Origin: Candidatus Latescibacterota bacterium
Lineage (GTDB): Bacteria > Latescibacterota > UBA2968 > SICM01
Direction of reading: 5' to 3'
DNA length: 64,000 bases
Assembly: GCA_965217865.1 (NCBI GenBank)
Contig: CBDCJO010000001.1
Span: 480,001-544,000 of the forward strand
How positions within the stretch are numbered: the stretch's first letter is position 1; each line of letters begins with the position of its first letter. Of this stretch, positions 47,545 through 57,864 are shown one piece after another. The notes beneath the pieces were generated by a model. That model was given only the letters and a program-made list of their open reading frames with translations, was not told the DNA's origin and did not search any database. The translations under genes and the position numbers were made by a program.

Positions 47545-48582
47545 TCAGAAGATATAAACTTTGGTCCCCCTTTTGGAGGCGTTGAAAACGACTTTCAGAT
47601 CCTCGTCGCCAAGTCTAATGCAACCGTGGGTCACGTCCCTTCCCAAAAGGCGGGTAAATAGGGTGCCGTGGATTAGATAAGGGCCACCGATGTCCATCGC
47701 ATAATCGCCAAGCACACCCGCCTCGCGCCTCTTTCTCCAATCTCTCGGGATCGGTTCATTCTCTTCAATAAAGGCCCAATCCGGCTTGGTCCAGATCGGT
47801 TCCTCAATCTTGCGCCGAATCTTCCGGATACCGAGAGGCGTCCGGAAGATCCAAACCCTTCCGTCCGGACCGATCAGCGTGTCCCCCTTGCCGGTGGAAC
47901 AGGTGGCATTCAGAAGGGTTTCTCGATGCCCCCGGAGGAACAACCGGTTTGCGTTCGTATCAACGACGATGTATGGATCCTGAGGCACCAAGGCCTCGAT
48001 CTTGATCTGGAGGTTTCTTTTCTCTCGGAGTAAGCGGGAGACATCCCGCTTCAAATCCCGTTGCGCTACTGTGGACGGATCTGCAATTTCCCCGTGGGGT
48101 CCCACGATGTCCGGTGCCATGGCTTGAATCTTCAGCCTAAGTCTGAGATTTCTGCCGATCAAGGCAGCAATCTTCTGTTTGATCGTCCAGTTTTCAGCCA
48201 GCCGCTCTTCCGCAGTTTCGTCGGAGAGGAATTCGGCGATCCCATCCTCAACCCCGAAGCTTGAGGGTCGAACTTTATACAGGGAGGTATCGTCAGGTCT
48301 GGATATTGGATAGGCATCACGACCGGGTTGAACCACCATGGCCAGATCCCGGTTTGGCCGGTCTTTATAAAGATCATCTGATTCCCCTTCCCCGTTCCCC
48401 TTCTCAGGAATCGAGAGGAGCGCGAGGAAAATCCCCGGTATCGTGATCCATTTTGAAAATCCCGTCATGTGGTGACGCCCCATTTTGAGAAAACCTCCGT
48501 GCGGCAGACCTTCAGCTTCGCGGATTGCATCCGACGATCGTGACAGGGGTTCCCACCCGCACGTGACCGAAAAGGGTCTCAA
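47545..48582 (-). CDS. L,D-transpeptidase (YkuD family) with N-terminal coiled coil
   Basis: YIVVDT..NRL, STG, TPLG, YLIHGT...VTHGCIRL, GTKVYIF; true start probably near 48484. Confidence 0.92.
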   Translation of the reverse strand: MRPFSVTCGWEPLSRSSDAIREAEGLPHGGFLKMGRHHMTGFSKWITIPGIFLALLSIPEKGNGEGESDDLYKDRPNRDLAMVVQPGRDAYPISRPDDTSLYKVRPSSFGVEDGIAEFLSDETAEERLAENWTIKQKIAALIGRNLRLRLKIQAMAPDIVGPHGEIADPSTVAQRDLKRDVSRLLREKRNLQIKIEALVPQDPYIVVDTNANRLFLRGHRETLLNATCSTGKGDTLIGPDGRVWIFRTPLGIRKIRRKIEEPIWTKPDWAFIEENEPIPRDWRKRREAGVLGDYAMDIGGPYLIHGTLFTRLLGRDVTHGCIRLGDEDLKVVFNASKRGTKVYIF

Positions 48583-49597
48583 TGTCGATGTCGGTCAGGG
48601 CAACGCACCCTTCTGTCCAGTCCTTGCCGCGCCCCCCGCTGCCGTGAATCGTGATCGACCCCCCGATATCCGCACCCCGGGGGATCCTTCCCCTCTGCTT
48701 GAGCATTTTGAACCGACGCTTGTCCTCTTCGTTTGGGTAGTCCAACAACAATCCCCGATTATATTTTGCTTCCGCAATCTTTCGAACGATCTTGTACTTT
48801 CCCTCGGGGGTGGCGTGATCCCCCCGGTGGAGCTTCTTCCCCAGCCATCGCATGCCGATATCCACCTGGAAACGTTTCCGGAGCACCCCCCCATAGTACA
48901 GTTCGGCACGACGATTGACTTTGTCCACCACGACGGCGTGGGCGGAATGGAGACTTGACCACTTCAAGGTTTCATCGACCCATCTTCCCCACCGTTCTTG
49001 ATGTCTTGCGTAATCCCTGATTCGTAACTCGACTCCGGACCGCACTCGATCGAGCCCCGCAATCGTCCGGTCTAATAGGTCTTGAACGGCCTCATACTTT
49101 TCACCATTTAGAAGGTGCCCCGCTTCCTCAAGGGCAACCCGGGCCGCCCCAACCTCCCGGTTCCCGCCGCGATCCAGGGGAACCCTTCCCAAAATGGAAA
49201 GCGTACGATCGATGACGGCCTTTGTCTTCTCAAGCGTCCCAAACGCGACTTCCCGAGCGCGGGTTTTATTCTGGACGGCCGATACTCGAGCCTGAACGGC
49301 TCTGGATCCAGCCATCGACGCCAACCTTTTTGCCCGATCGTAGGTTCTGAACCAGATAAACCGGCGCATCTGGCGCGCGCTTTCGCGTTGGGCGCGCAAG
49401 AGGGTTCGCTCGGAAACCTCAAACGCCTCCGGAGAATAGTTCTCCGCATCGGCTTGTCGGGCGGCCTCCACCTTCACCTTTGCCGCATCCAATTCCCGAA
49501 CAGGCAATTCCGCACAGGCCCCCGCAACCAGCAGAAGGATGCAACTGGACGGGAAAATGATCTGTCTTCTACGAGATGACGCGATCAACCGATCCAC
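48512..49597 (-). CDS. lipoprotein: DUF4398-like helical domain + L,D-transpeptidase
   Basis: Lipobox VAGAC; GDHATPEG.Y, LDYPN..D, ITIHGSGG...WTEGCVAL, GTPVTIVG. Confidence 0.9.
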   Translation of the reverse strand: MDRLIASSRRRQIIFPSSCILLLVAGACAELPVRELDAAKVKVEAARQADAENYSPEAFEVSERTLLRAQRESARQMRRFIWFRTYDRAKRLASMAGSRAVQARVSAVQNKTRAREVAFGTLEKTKAVIDRTLSILGRVPLDRGGNREVGAARVALEEAGHLLNGEKYEAVQDLLDRTIAGLDRVRSGVELRIRDYARHQERWGRWVDETLKWSSLHSAHAVVVDKVNRRAELYYGGVLRKRFQVDIGMRWLGKKLHRGDHATPEGKYKIVRKIAEAKYNRGLLLDYPNEEDKRRFKMLKQRGRIPRGADIGGSITIHGSGGRGKDWTEGCVALTDIDIETLFGHVRVGTPVTIVGCNPRS

Positions 49598-49720
49598 ATC
49601 GATGCCGTTTCAAAAGTGAAAGCGCGTGAAGCGTTTCCTAACCGAGGAAGAGGGGCTTCGAATTCCGTACCGGCCAACCGTTCGGGCATCGTACTTTCCT
49701 CGGGATCTCCGGATACGAGT

Positions 49721-50356
49721 TTAGCGTTTCCGGGGGCTCCACCACGGGTTTTTCATCTGGTACTTTTCGATAGCTTCATCCACCTGACTCTTTACGTTGT
49801 CGGCAGTTGATTTGATGGCACTGGCCTTGTCTCTGGCCCCAAAATAATCTTCTCCCGAAATGGCCGAACTCACGCCAGCCACCTGCGCCTCCACGCCTGC
49901 CAGATCGGACTCGAGTTGCTCGACATCAGCTCTCGTCCCCTTCCCGCGCGGAGCAACACCAAGAGATTCTTTCGCAGCTTCAATAGAGGCTGTGGCATCG
50001 TTCAGTGCCGCCTCGGCCTCGGCCTTGGCCTTGGCCTTGGCCTTGTTTTCCTGTGCAAGTTTGGCCACGCCATCGGCCTTCGACTTCGTATCGGTTGCAT
50101 CCTGCTTTACCCGGTCATAACTCCGGAACAAGGGAAACTTGCCCTCCTGGGCTCCCAGCTCCGCATCGATGCTCTTTATCGATCCTTCCAGGGCACTGAA
50201 CTCGGCAGTCGCATACTTGGGCGCTTCGGCCTTACGGGCGTTTTCCACTGCAGCCTTTGCAGCATCGACCTCAGACGTAGGGGGTGCTGCGCAACTTGAA
50301 ACCAACCCGGCGACCGCAAAACTTAGAACAAGAAGGGACATTTGTTTCATGGCCAA
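49721..50356 (-). CDS. Ala/Lys-rich coiled-coil lipoprotein (DUF4398-like)
   Basis: Lipobox LVSSC, PP..EVDAAKAAVENARKAEA.KYA; KAKAKAKA run encoded by a GGCCTT hexamer repeat. Confidence 0.85.
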   Translation of the reverse strand: MAMKQMSLLVLSFAVAGLVSSCAAPPTSEVDAAKAAVENARKAEAPKYATAEFSALEGSIKSIDAELGAQEGKFPLFRSYDRVKQDATDTKSKADGVAKLAQENKAKAKAKAEAEAALNDATASIEAAKESLGVAPRGKGTRADVEQLESDLAGVEAQVAGVSSAISGEDYFGARDKASAIKSTADNVKSQVDEAIEKYQMKNPWWSPRKR

Positions 50357-50582
50357 GTTTCATCCTCCTGATATAGAACGCCATCGTTCATGGTGTAATT
50401 CAACCTTTGAGCGGACGAACAAGAAGAACACCCTCACCACACCAAATCGATTTACCTTCCTTCACCTCCTTTTGACAGAATTGATCCCTTCTTAAGAAAT
50501 AGGCCCTTACCGGACGAAAGAAACGCCCATCATCGGCCTCGTGAATATTTCCATGGCCCGATCCACAGTATAGATCCGGACA

Positions 50583-51386
50583 TCATCTCCGTTTCACGGC
50601 CTTGAGCCTTTGCCTGGCCAGGTCCGCTTCGTCGGATTCCGGGAACTGTTTGATCAGGTTTCGGAGTTGTCTAATTCCCTTGGTTCGATGGTTTAACGCG
50701 AGACGTGCGTATCCAAGCTTTAACATCGCCGCGGGAACCTTATCCCCGTCGGGATAGTCCGTGATCACCCTCTGAAATGCTTTGATGGCCTTCGAAAAGT
50801 TCTTCTGGGCGTAGTGGCACTCTCCCAACCAATAACCAGCGTTATCAGAAAGATCGCTCTTTGGAAAATTTTCCAAAAGCTGCGAGAACTCGGAGATCGC
50901 CAGGGAATAATTCCCTGATTTCATGTCCTCAGAGGCCAGGTCATAAAGACCCCTGACATCCGATACAAACTCAGGTGAGGGGGTGCCGGCGAAGGTGTCC
51001 ACCCGGGAGGCCCGGGACTGAGATCCCCTCGAAGGCGTTGCCTGCCTGCTCCCGCCGTAGAGCCGCACGGATTCCAAACCCTTGGCCAGGTCCGCAAGGC
51101 GGCGGGCGGCCTCATCGAGTTTGGCCTGAACCTGCCCTAACCTCTGTTTGACATCCCCCTCGTCCGTTGAAAGCTCTGCCCACCTGCGCTTGCCTTCTTC
51201 CGCCTGGGCCTTCATCAAGCTATCCAGAGATCCGACTTGCAGGGATAGGGATCTGAGTTCTCCGCGAACGATCCCCATATCGGTCTGAACCGTCTTGACC
51301 ATCTCCTCAGTGGCACAGGCAACCGTTCCTGCCGCCACGGCCAGAAAAATCAGACGGGTGATCGGCCTGAGCGAAGTCAGGTGCAT
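50583..51386 (-). CDS. cpoB: Tol-Pal system protein CpoB/YbgF
   Basis: Lipobox, coiled coil, TPR (NAGYWLGECHY, YPDGDKVPAAMLKLG); directly after pal. Confidence 0.92.
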   Translation of the reverse strand: MHLTSLRPITRLIFLAVAAGTVACATEEMVKTVQTDMGIVRGELRSLSLQVGSLDSLMKAQAEEGKRRWAELSTDEGDVKQRLGQVQAKLDEAARRLADLAKGLESVRLYGGSRQATPSRGSQSRASRVDTFAGTPSPEFVSDVRGLYDLASEDMKSGNYSLAISEFSQLLENFPKSDLSDNAGYWLGECHYAQKNFSKAIKAFQRVITDYPDGDKVPAAMLKLGYARLALNHRTKGIRQLRNLIKQFPESDEADLARQRLKAVKRR

Positions 51387-51396
51387 AGGCTCCCCC

Positions 51397-52035
51397 TTAA
51401 GGGGCCATGGGTTCGGTGACTCTCGTCTCGGTACGCCTGTTCTTGGACCAGGCCATCTCGTCGTGACCGGGGTCCACAGGGCGCTCTTTTCCGTAGCTGA
51501 TCGTCCCCAGCCTTCCGGCGTCGATCCCAGCCTTCACAAGGAATTTCTGGTGGCTATCCGCCCGCCTCTGGCCAAGCGCCAGGTTATACTCGATCGTTCC
51601 ACGCTCGTCACAGTGTCCCTCGATCGTGACCTGGAACTCCGGGTTATCGTTCAATTTCTTCACGTGTTCGGCAAGCGTGGCTTTTTGGTCGTCTCGGATA
51701 TTGTGTCTATCGTAGTCGAAGTGGACTTCGGAAAAGGTCCTTCGTGCAATCTCTTTCGCCCTGGCATCTGCCTCGGCCTTGGCCTTTGCTTCGGCCTTGG
51801 CCTTTGCTTCGGCCTCGGCCCTTGCCCGGGCTTCTTCCTCGGCTTTGATTCGAGCAAGCGAATCGGCTGTCGCCTTTCGGGCCATTGCTTCAGCCTCCGC
51901 TTTGGCCCTCGCGTCGGCTTCCTCCTGCGCGCGAATGGCGGACTGATCCACACATCCGATGGCCAGGAGCGCCACGACTGCGGTCGAACAGGCCAGGTTC
52001 CGTTTGATGATTATCCTCATACCATCGAATTTCAT
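51397..52035 (-). CDS. pal: peptidoglycan-associated lipoprotein with an Ala/Glu/Lys-rich linker
   Basis: LAIGC lipobox; [38 protein letters not shown]; AGGAGG SD before ATG 52035. Confidence 0.95.
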   Translation of the reverse strand: MKFDGMRIIIKRNLACSTAVVALLAIGCVDQSAIRAQEEADARAKAEAEAMARKATADSLARIKAEEEARARAEAEAKAKAEAKAKAEADARAKEIARRTFSEVHFDYDRHNIRDDQKATLAEHVKKLNDNPEFQVTIEGHCDERGTIEYNLALGQRRADSHQKFLVKAGIDAGRLGTISYGKERPVDPGHDEMAWSKNRRTETRVTEPMAP

Positions 52036-52124
52036 GATTGCCTCCTTAACTGGAGTTGTGGATTGCTCACGCGAAAATGCCGACTCTCTTGAAGGATAAC
52101 CGGCCCCCGAATGAGCGCCCGGGT

Positions 52125-53537
52125 TCATTCCTGCTCCATCATTAACGCCGGAGACCAAGCCGGAGAAATCCCCGGGGTCAACCGTCGAACATTGGTGCCA
52201 TCCCAATTCATGACATAGATCTCCTCCCTCCCGTTCCGATCCGACCAGAAGACGATCTGTAACCCGTCCGGCGACCAGGACGGATCTTCATTGCTTCCCC
52301 CGGCGGTTAGCCTGAAAGGGGTTCCTCCTTCCACTTCCGTCACATAGACATCGAAACCTTCAAAACCCCGTCGGACGAAAGCGAGCTTCTTCCCGTCCGG
52401 CGACCACCGAGGAGACCCTTCATAGGCGTCCGGTTCCCAGGTCAACCTGCCAAGGTTCGATCCATCCCTGTCCATCATATAAATCTGCGGAATTCCCGAA
52501 CGATCAGAGGTGAAAGCAATCCTATCCCCCCCGGGGGACCACGCCGGTTCTGTGTCTGTTTCGGGATGATCCGTCAACCGGCGAAGCCTCCATCCCGATG
52601 TCGTGATCGTATAAAGATCGATGTTGTCCCCATCCTTGACCGAGAAAAGGATCTGACGCCCATCGGGCGACCACGCAGGAGAGATATTCAATACTGAAGA
52701 GGTACGAATCGGGGTCGTGAAACCCGTTAAGACATCGGCGATGAACAGCTCCCACCGGTCATGCTGGAGCGAAGAATACGCGATCTGTTTTCCATCGGGC
52801 GACCACTCGGGAGATAGGTTTACCGTACCGTCGTCGGTTACCTGACGAGCCCCGTGGCCATCGTAACCCATCACGAAGATCTCTTTGTCGCCGTTTCGCT
52901 TCGAAACGAATGCGATCTGCGACAAAGCCACGCCCCGTTGACCCAGCAGGCTGTATATGATATCGTCGTTTAATCGGTGCGCAACAGACCGCGCACGGTC
53001 CAGATCCACGACATAGGACTTTGCGATCAATAGTCTCCCGTCGGGGAGCCGGTAAAGCGTCGCGAAAAGCTCTGTATGGTCGAGCGTTCGGTGAACCTCA
53101 CCCCGGACCAGACCCCGGGCGCCCGCGGCGGACCAGATATCGAGCAAAGATCCGTGTCCCGTGCTGTCTACGATAGCGGAATCCGCAAGAACGTCGAACC
53201 TGCCGGAGTATCTGAGATCGTCCCTCAGTACGTTGAAGATGACATCCGCGACCTGAACCACCGTTGCATCCGTCGTGTCCCGAACAAATGTGGTGAGGCC
53301 AAGGGGGGTCTTCCGGATCCCCCCTTTTACACCGAGGTAAACCTCCGGATAAAACCGAACGGTATCCGACCGGACATCGGTCGGGGTGGGCTGGGCAGAC
53401 GCCTCTCCCACCGCTAGGATGATGGGAGAGAGAACGAGACAATATACGATCTGTTTAAAACGACGAGATCCGGAGACCAAGGCGTCTTCAATTTTCAAAG
53501 TCGAAATGTACCCCAAGTTGGTCACTCTGATACCCAT
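52125..53537 (-). CDS. tolB: Tol-Pal beta-propeller protein TolB
   Basis: TolB N-domain (DL..SGRF, AH...DDI) plus PD40 repeats; between tolA and pal; true start probably near 53480. Confidence 0.92.
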   Translation of the reverse strand: MGIRVTNLGYISTLKIEDALVSGSRRFKQIVYCLVLSPIILAVGEASAQPTPTDVRSDTVRFYPEVYLGVKGGIRKTPLGLTTFVRDTTDATVVQVADVIFNVLRDDLRYSGRFDVLADSAIVDSTGHGSLLDIWSAAGARGLVRGEVHRTLDHTELFATLYRLPDGRLLIAKSYVVDLDRARSVAHRLNDDIIYSLLGQRGVALSQIAFVSKRNGDKEIFVMGYDGHGARQVTDDGTVNLSPEWSPDGKQIAYSSLQHDRWELFIADVLTGFTTPIRTSSVLNISPAWSPDGRQILFSVKDGDNIDLYTITTSGWRLRRLTDHPETDTEPAWSPGGDRIAFTSDRSGIPQIYMMDRDGSNLGRLTWEPDAYEGSPRWSPDGKKLAFVRRGFEGFDVYVTEVEGGTPFRLTAGGSNEDPSWSPDGLQIVFWSDRNGREEIYVMNWDGTNVRRLTPGISPAWSPALMMEQE

Positions 53538-54162
53538 CGGGAAGAGGCGCCAGCGGCCCTGCCCAGGCTACAGCGTTGAAAGCCGCACGGTCGAACACCA
53601 GCACCCCAGATCCTGCTTCCACAAGAGATTCCGTGATCATCCCGTCCTTCCTGATCCTGAAAAAGACAGTCGCCTTCAGGATCCCTTGCTTTCCCACGAT
53701 CATGGGCTCTTCCCACCGCGACAAGATTCGAGACTTGACGTCTTTAATGTAATCGGGAAACGGGAAAGGCTCCCCCTCCAGCCTCATCCCCCCTCCACTT
53801 CCCCCAGGTCCCTGCCCGCCTCTACTCGGGCTCGCACCTTCTTTCCCGGGTCGCTGGCTCCAACGGCGGGCGGGCTTCTTCGTTCCCTTCGGGGCCGACG
53901 GTTCGTTGGACGGCGCCCGTTTTACCTTCAGGCCGGTTCTTACCCTTGGCCTCACCACTTCCGTTTGGGGGATGTTCAACGACTTCTCGCCTTCCCCGTG
54001 CGCCGCTCCGAGCCCACCCAGTCCCTGTGGGAAACCGACAAGCTCCACACCATACACCCTGACCGGTGGGCCGCTCTGCCTATTCCCCCTCTCAGACCCC
54101 CATACGACCCCGGCAACAGCGATAACGTGGATGATCATGGAGATCAAGACTGCGCTCTTCAT
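53488..54162 (-). CDS. tolA: TolA/TonB-like energy transducer
   Basis: TM S...H motif (ISMIIH), low-complexity linker, C-terminal TonB-like domain (SG...FDRAA..AV, PLP). Confidence 0.8.
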   Translation of the reverse strand: MKSAVLISMIIHVIAVAGVVWGSERGNRQSGPPVRVYGVELVGFPQGLGGLGAAHGEGEKSLNIPQTEVVRPRVRTGLKVKRAPSNEPSAPKGTKKPARRWSQRPGKEGASPSRGGQGPGGSGGGMRLEGEPFPFPDYIKDVKSRILSRWEEPMIVGKQGILKATVFFRIRKDGMITESLVEAGSGVLVFDRAAFNAVAWAGPLAPLPDGYQSDQLGVHFDFEN

Positions 54163-54587
54163 GGCCGCCCAACCCCCTCGACGATCTCTTCGACCAGCCC
54201 CAACCGGGTGACACCCGATGCCTTGATCCTCCCGACGATCTCCACCACCTTCCCGTAGGGAACCTCTTCATCCGCGCGGAGGAAAACAGGACGATCCCCG
54301 ATCCGGGCCCGTGCCGCCTCGAAGCGTTTTTGAAAATTGGCGAACGATACGCGCTCCCTATCGATCTGCACCTTCAGGTCGCGGGTGATCGTGACAACCA
54401 CGCCTTCCTGAACCTCCGCCTGACCGATCGTCGACTTCGGAAGGTTCACCCCAAGCCATTCCATCATCGCCGGGACAGTCACCATGAAAATGATCAGGAG
54501 AACCAGCATGACGTCCACGAACGGCGTCACATTGATATCCGAGAGGACCGACCTCCGGGACCCCGACCTCAGACGCTGAACGTTCAC
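54159..54587 (-). CDS. tolR: TolR/ExbD
   Basis: INVTPFVDVMLVLLIIFMVT, LRAD..VPYG. Confidence 0.92.
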   Translation of the reverse strand: MNVQRLRSGSRRSVLSDINVTPFVDVMLVLLIIFMVTVPAMMEWLGVNLPKSTIGQAEVQEGVVVTITRDLKVQIDRERVSFANFQKRFEAARARIGDRPVFLRADEEVPYGKVVEIVGRIKASGVTRLGLVEEIVEGVGRP

Positions 54588-55285
54588 GTTCTTCCCCGGA
54601 CCGGTACGGTGGCCACGAACTCCACGGCGAACTGCTCCACCTCGCGCTGGATGGCTTCAACCCGTCCGAGAAAATAGTTATACGCGATCACCGCCGGAAC
54701 CGCGGCCGCGAGGCCGGCAGCCGTCGCGATCAGCGCTTCCGCGATTCCAGGAGCCACGACCGCAAGATTCGCCGAACCCCGTAGGCCGATGTTCAAGAAA
54801 GAGGTCATGATCCCCCACACCGTTCCGAATAACCCGATGAAAGGGCTGATGTTTCCAACTGTGGCCAGGAAGGGCAGATGCCTTTCCAGGGATACCATTC
54901 GCCCGGTAGCGGCGACATCCAGGGTCCTCCGAAGGTCCTCCCGATCTCCGGACCATCCTCCGCCCCCCTCTCCGTAGACCAACTCGTAGCCCGTTCGAAA
55001 GATTCCGCATAACGGGGACCGATTCAAAATCCGGCTCATCTTGTATATATCGGAAACTTGGGCCCTGGATCGAAAAAGCCGCAACAACCTCGACGACTCG
55101 TGCTGAATTCGCCTTAGATCGACCAGTTTTCGACCGATGATCCCCCAGGAGACCACCGAGAAGAAAAATAAAACAAGCAAAACCCCTTTGACAACCGGTC
55201 CCGCTTCCCCGACCAGCCCAATTGCGCCCTGGGACAACCCGGTTCCAAGCATAGGCAAAAAGGTGAAGTCGCGTTTAGGCGACAA
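54584..55285 (-). CDS. tolQ: TolQ/ExbB proton channel
   Basis: LATVG..SPFIGLFGTVWGIM, VAPGIAEALIATAAGL. Confidence 0.93.
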   Translation of the reverse strand: MSPKRDFTFLPMLGTGLSQGAIGLVGEAGPVVKGVLLVLFFFSVVSWGIIGRKLVDLRRIQHESSRLLRLFRSRAQVSDIYKMSRILNRSPLCGIFRTGYELVYGEGGGGWSGDREDLRRTLDVAATGRMVSLERHLPFLATVGNISPFIGLFGTVWGIMTSFLNIGLRGSANLAVVAPGIAEALIATAAGLAAAVPAVIAYNYFLGRVEAIQREVEQFAVEFVATVPVRGRT

Positions 55286-55343
55286 AAGCTGGGGTCAAAG
55301 GCCGTAATCGGCACGGCTGCTGATGGCGAACGACATAAAGGGT

Positions 55344-57795
55344 TCAGAACTGAAATTTGGATTCCGATTTCGGGTTTTGGCGGGCCGCCCCTGGCTTCCC
55401 CGCAAACCTGTCCCGGAAATGCCCTTGGTCGGTCCGTTGACCGTCCCCCCCAGGAGATGACCGCCATCCGTCCCCAGCGATCGGGGACCCGGGGAAACGC
55501 TCCGTACCCGCCCTAAACGCCACAGGTTCCCCCCCGCGCTCGTCCGACAAGATTTCGCCCCGGGTGCTCAGATAGTTAAAGGCGATTCCTTCCGGGACCT
55601 CAAATTCCCGAGAGGGTTTGTCGAAAAGGGCCCCCTTCATAAAATCCAACCAGATAGGGGCGGCCACATATCCCCCGGTAAACTTCTCTACCCATGGGTC
55701 TGCGATCATCGTAGCCCACCCACGTGCCGGCCACGAGTTCCGGGGTATAGCCGACGAACCAGACATCTGTAAGGCCGTTTGTCCCGGTCTTCCCCGCGGT
55801 TGGCCGACCGAGTTCCTTGACCCTTCTGGCCGTACCCCTTTCCACTACCGCTTGGAGCATGTTGGTCATGATGTAAGCGGTCTGGGGGGAGATGGCGTAT
55901 TCTTCATCCGGTGTTTCGGCTTGCCCGTTCGACGAACCGGTCTCCCTTCCCCTTTCGTGCCATTTGCCAGGACGGTTGACAAATCGGTTGTCTTCGAGCA
56001 CCCGCCCCTTTCGATCCCGGATCATCGTGATGAAAACGGGCTCCACTTTCCGGCCGGCGGCGGCAAAAACCGTGTAGGCCTTCGTCAACTCCAGTAAGGA
56101 GATCCCCGAAGAACCCAGGGCAATCGAGGGGTTCGGTCCTAAGGGGGTCGTGATTCCAAGCCTTCTTGCCCGCTCGACAACAGCCTGAGGCCCAAGACGA
56201 TCCGTCAACCGAACCGATACGGAGTTCAGAGATTTTGCCAAGGCGCTCCTGAGGGTCTGCGGCCCCATGAACTTTCCCTTGAAGTTCCTCGGGGTCCAAT
56301 CCTTTATCGTTATCGGAGCATCTACAACCACCGTCATTTGGGTATAGTCGAGGGAATCCATGGCAACCGAATAGATGATCGGCTTAAAGGCCGAACCCGG
56401 TTGTCTTCGGGCTTGGATGGCCCGGTCGAATTGGCTCCTGCTGTAGTCATACCCTCCGACCAGCGAGCGCACGTATCCGTTCGAAGGGTCGATGGCCACC
56501 AGGGCTCCCTGAATCAGCGGATCCTGATCCAGGGAGACGCGATAGATGCCTCCTTCGCGCCCCACGACTCGGACGTCAACAATATCACCGGGCCCCAGGC
56601 CCCTCCGAAGGCTGCGCTCTGTGGCCACCCCTTCGTTCCCGAGCGTCCGACTTGCCCATTTGGATTCATCCTCATCCAGGATGGCCCTTAAAGACCCGAT
56701 ACGGAGCCGAACCCGGTTTCCAACCTTTGATACCACCGCCTGATATTTCTCCCCCTCATCGAGCTTGATACTCTGGCCTCGGGAGGAACCGCCGGCTTTG
56801 GCGCTCCGAATCTCCTCGGCTTGCTTCTGCAGGAACGATTTCACCTGCCGCGGACTCAGAAATCCGATTCTCCCTCGGAATCCCATGTCCTGATCGAGAC
56901 CTCGCAAGCCCCCCTGGATGGCTTGATTTGCCGCCATCTGAATCTGCAGGTCCAAACCTGTGTAGATCTTTAGGCCATCCCGGTAGATCGACTCGGATCC
57001 ATAATTCGATCTGACGTTTTTTCTGACTTGTTCGACAAAATAAGAAGCGACCTTGTGATTTCGATCCTCCCAGGGATCGATCTGAATATCCTGTTTAGCA
57101 GCCCGTTTGGCTTGACGAAGGGTTATAAACCCCTCCTTGAACATCCTCTGGAGGGTGTAGACCTGCCTTTGTTTGGCTCCCCGGAAATTGGTAATCGGGG
57201 AATAATGGGACGGGGCCTTCGGCAAACCCGCCAGCATAGCAGCCTCGGCCAGTCCCAACTCGTTGACGTGCCGTCCGAAATAGTTTTGAGCGGCGGCCTC
57301 AACGCCGTATGCCCCGTGTCCAAAGTAGATCTGGTTGAGATAGAGGTGGAGGATCTGTCCTTTGTTCAATTCCCGTTCGATCCGATAGGCCAGGATCGCC
57401 TCTCGGATCTTTCGGCTGTAGGATATCTCACGGTCCAGAAAAAATTCCCGGGCGATCTGCTGGGTTATGGTGCTCCCCCCTTGGGGACGCTTGCGTGGCT
57501 CGAGATTCTTCAGGAAGGCCTTTGCAATACGCAGAAAATCCACGCCGCTGTGTTCAAAGAATCGCCCATCCTCCGCCGCAACGAAAGCCTTTTTAACCAC
57601 CCTCGGAATGGAGTCCAGGGGAACGACCACTCGCCTTTGAATATAAAATTCTCCGATTACCGTTCCGTCCGCAGCATAAACCTGGCTCAATACACTGGGA
57701 TCATAGTCTTGGATGGCCGTTAGATCCGCGGGGAGCTGCCGATTATAATAGCGGTAAGTCCCCCGCTGCCTGATTTTCGGAAAAAAATACGGCAA
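55344..57795 (-). pseudogene. mrcA: penicillin-binding protein 1A (class A PBP), frameshifted near the C-terminus and lacking an obvious N-terminal anchor
   Basis: TG motifs AEDGRFFEH, GGSTITQQ, RKIRE; TP motifs GSAFK, SLN, GKTGT; conserved TGG..AAPIW continues in another frame (ORF 55344-55766) from about 55690. Confidence 0.85.
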
Positions 57796-57835
57796 CCAAA
57801 CACGGGAAATGCGCTCCTCCTGCCTTCAAATTAAT

Positions 57836-57864
57836 AACTTACGACATTAAACGATCCTTGTCAA
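57836..57864 (-). promoter_or_regulatory. sigma-70 promoter upstream of PBP1A
   Basis: Minus strand TTGACA-17 bp-TAAGTT. Confidence 0.5.
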
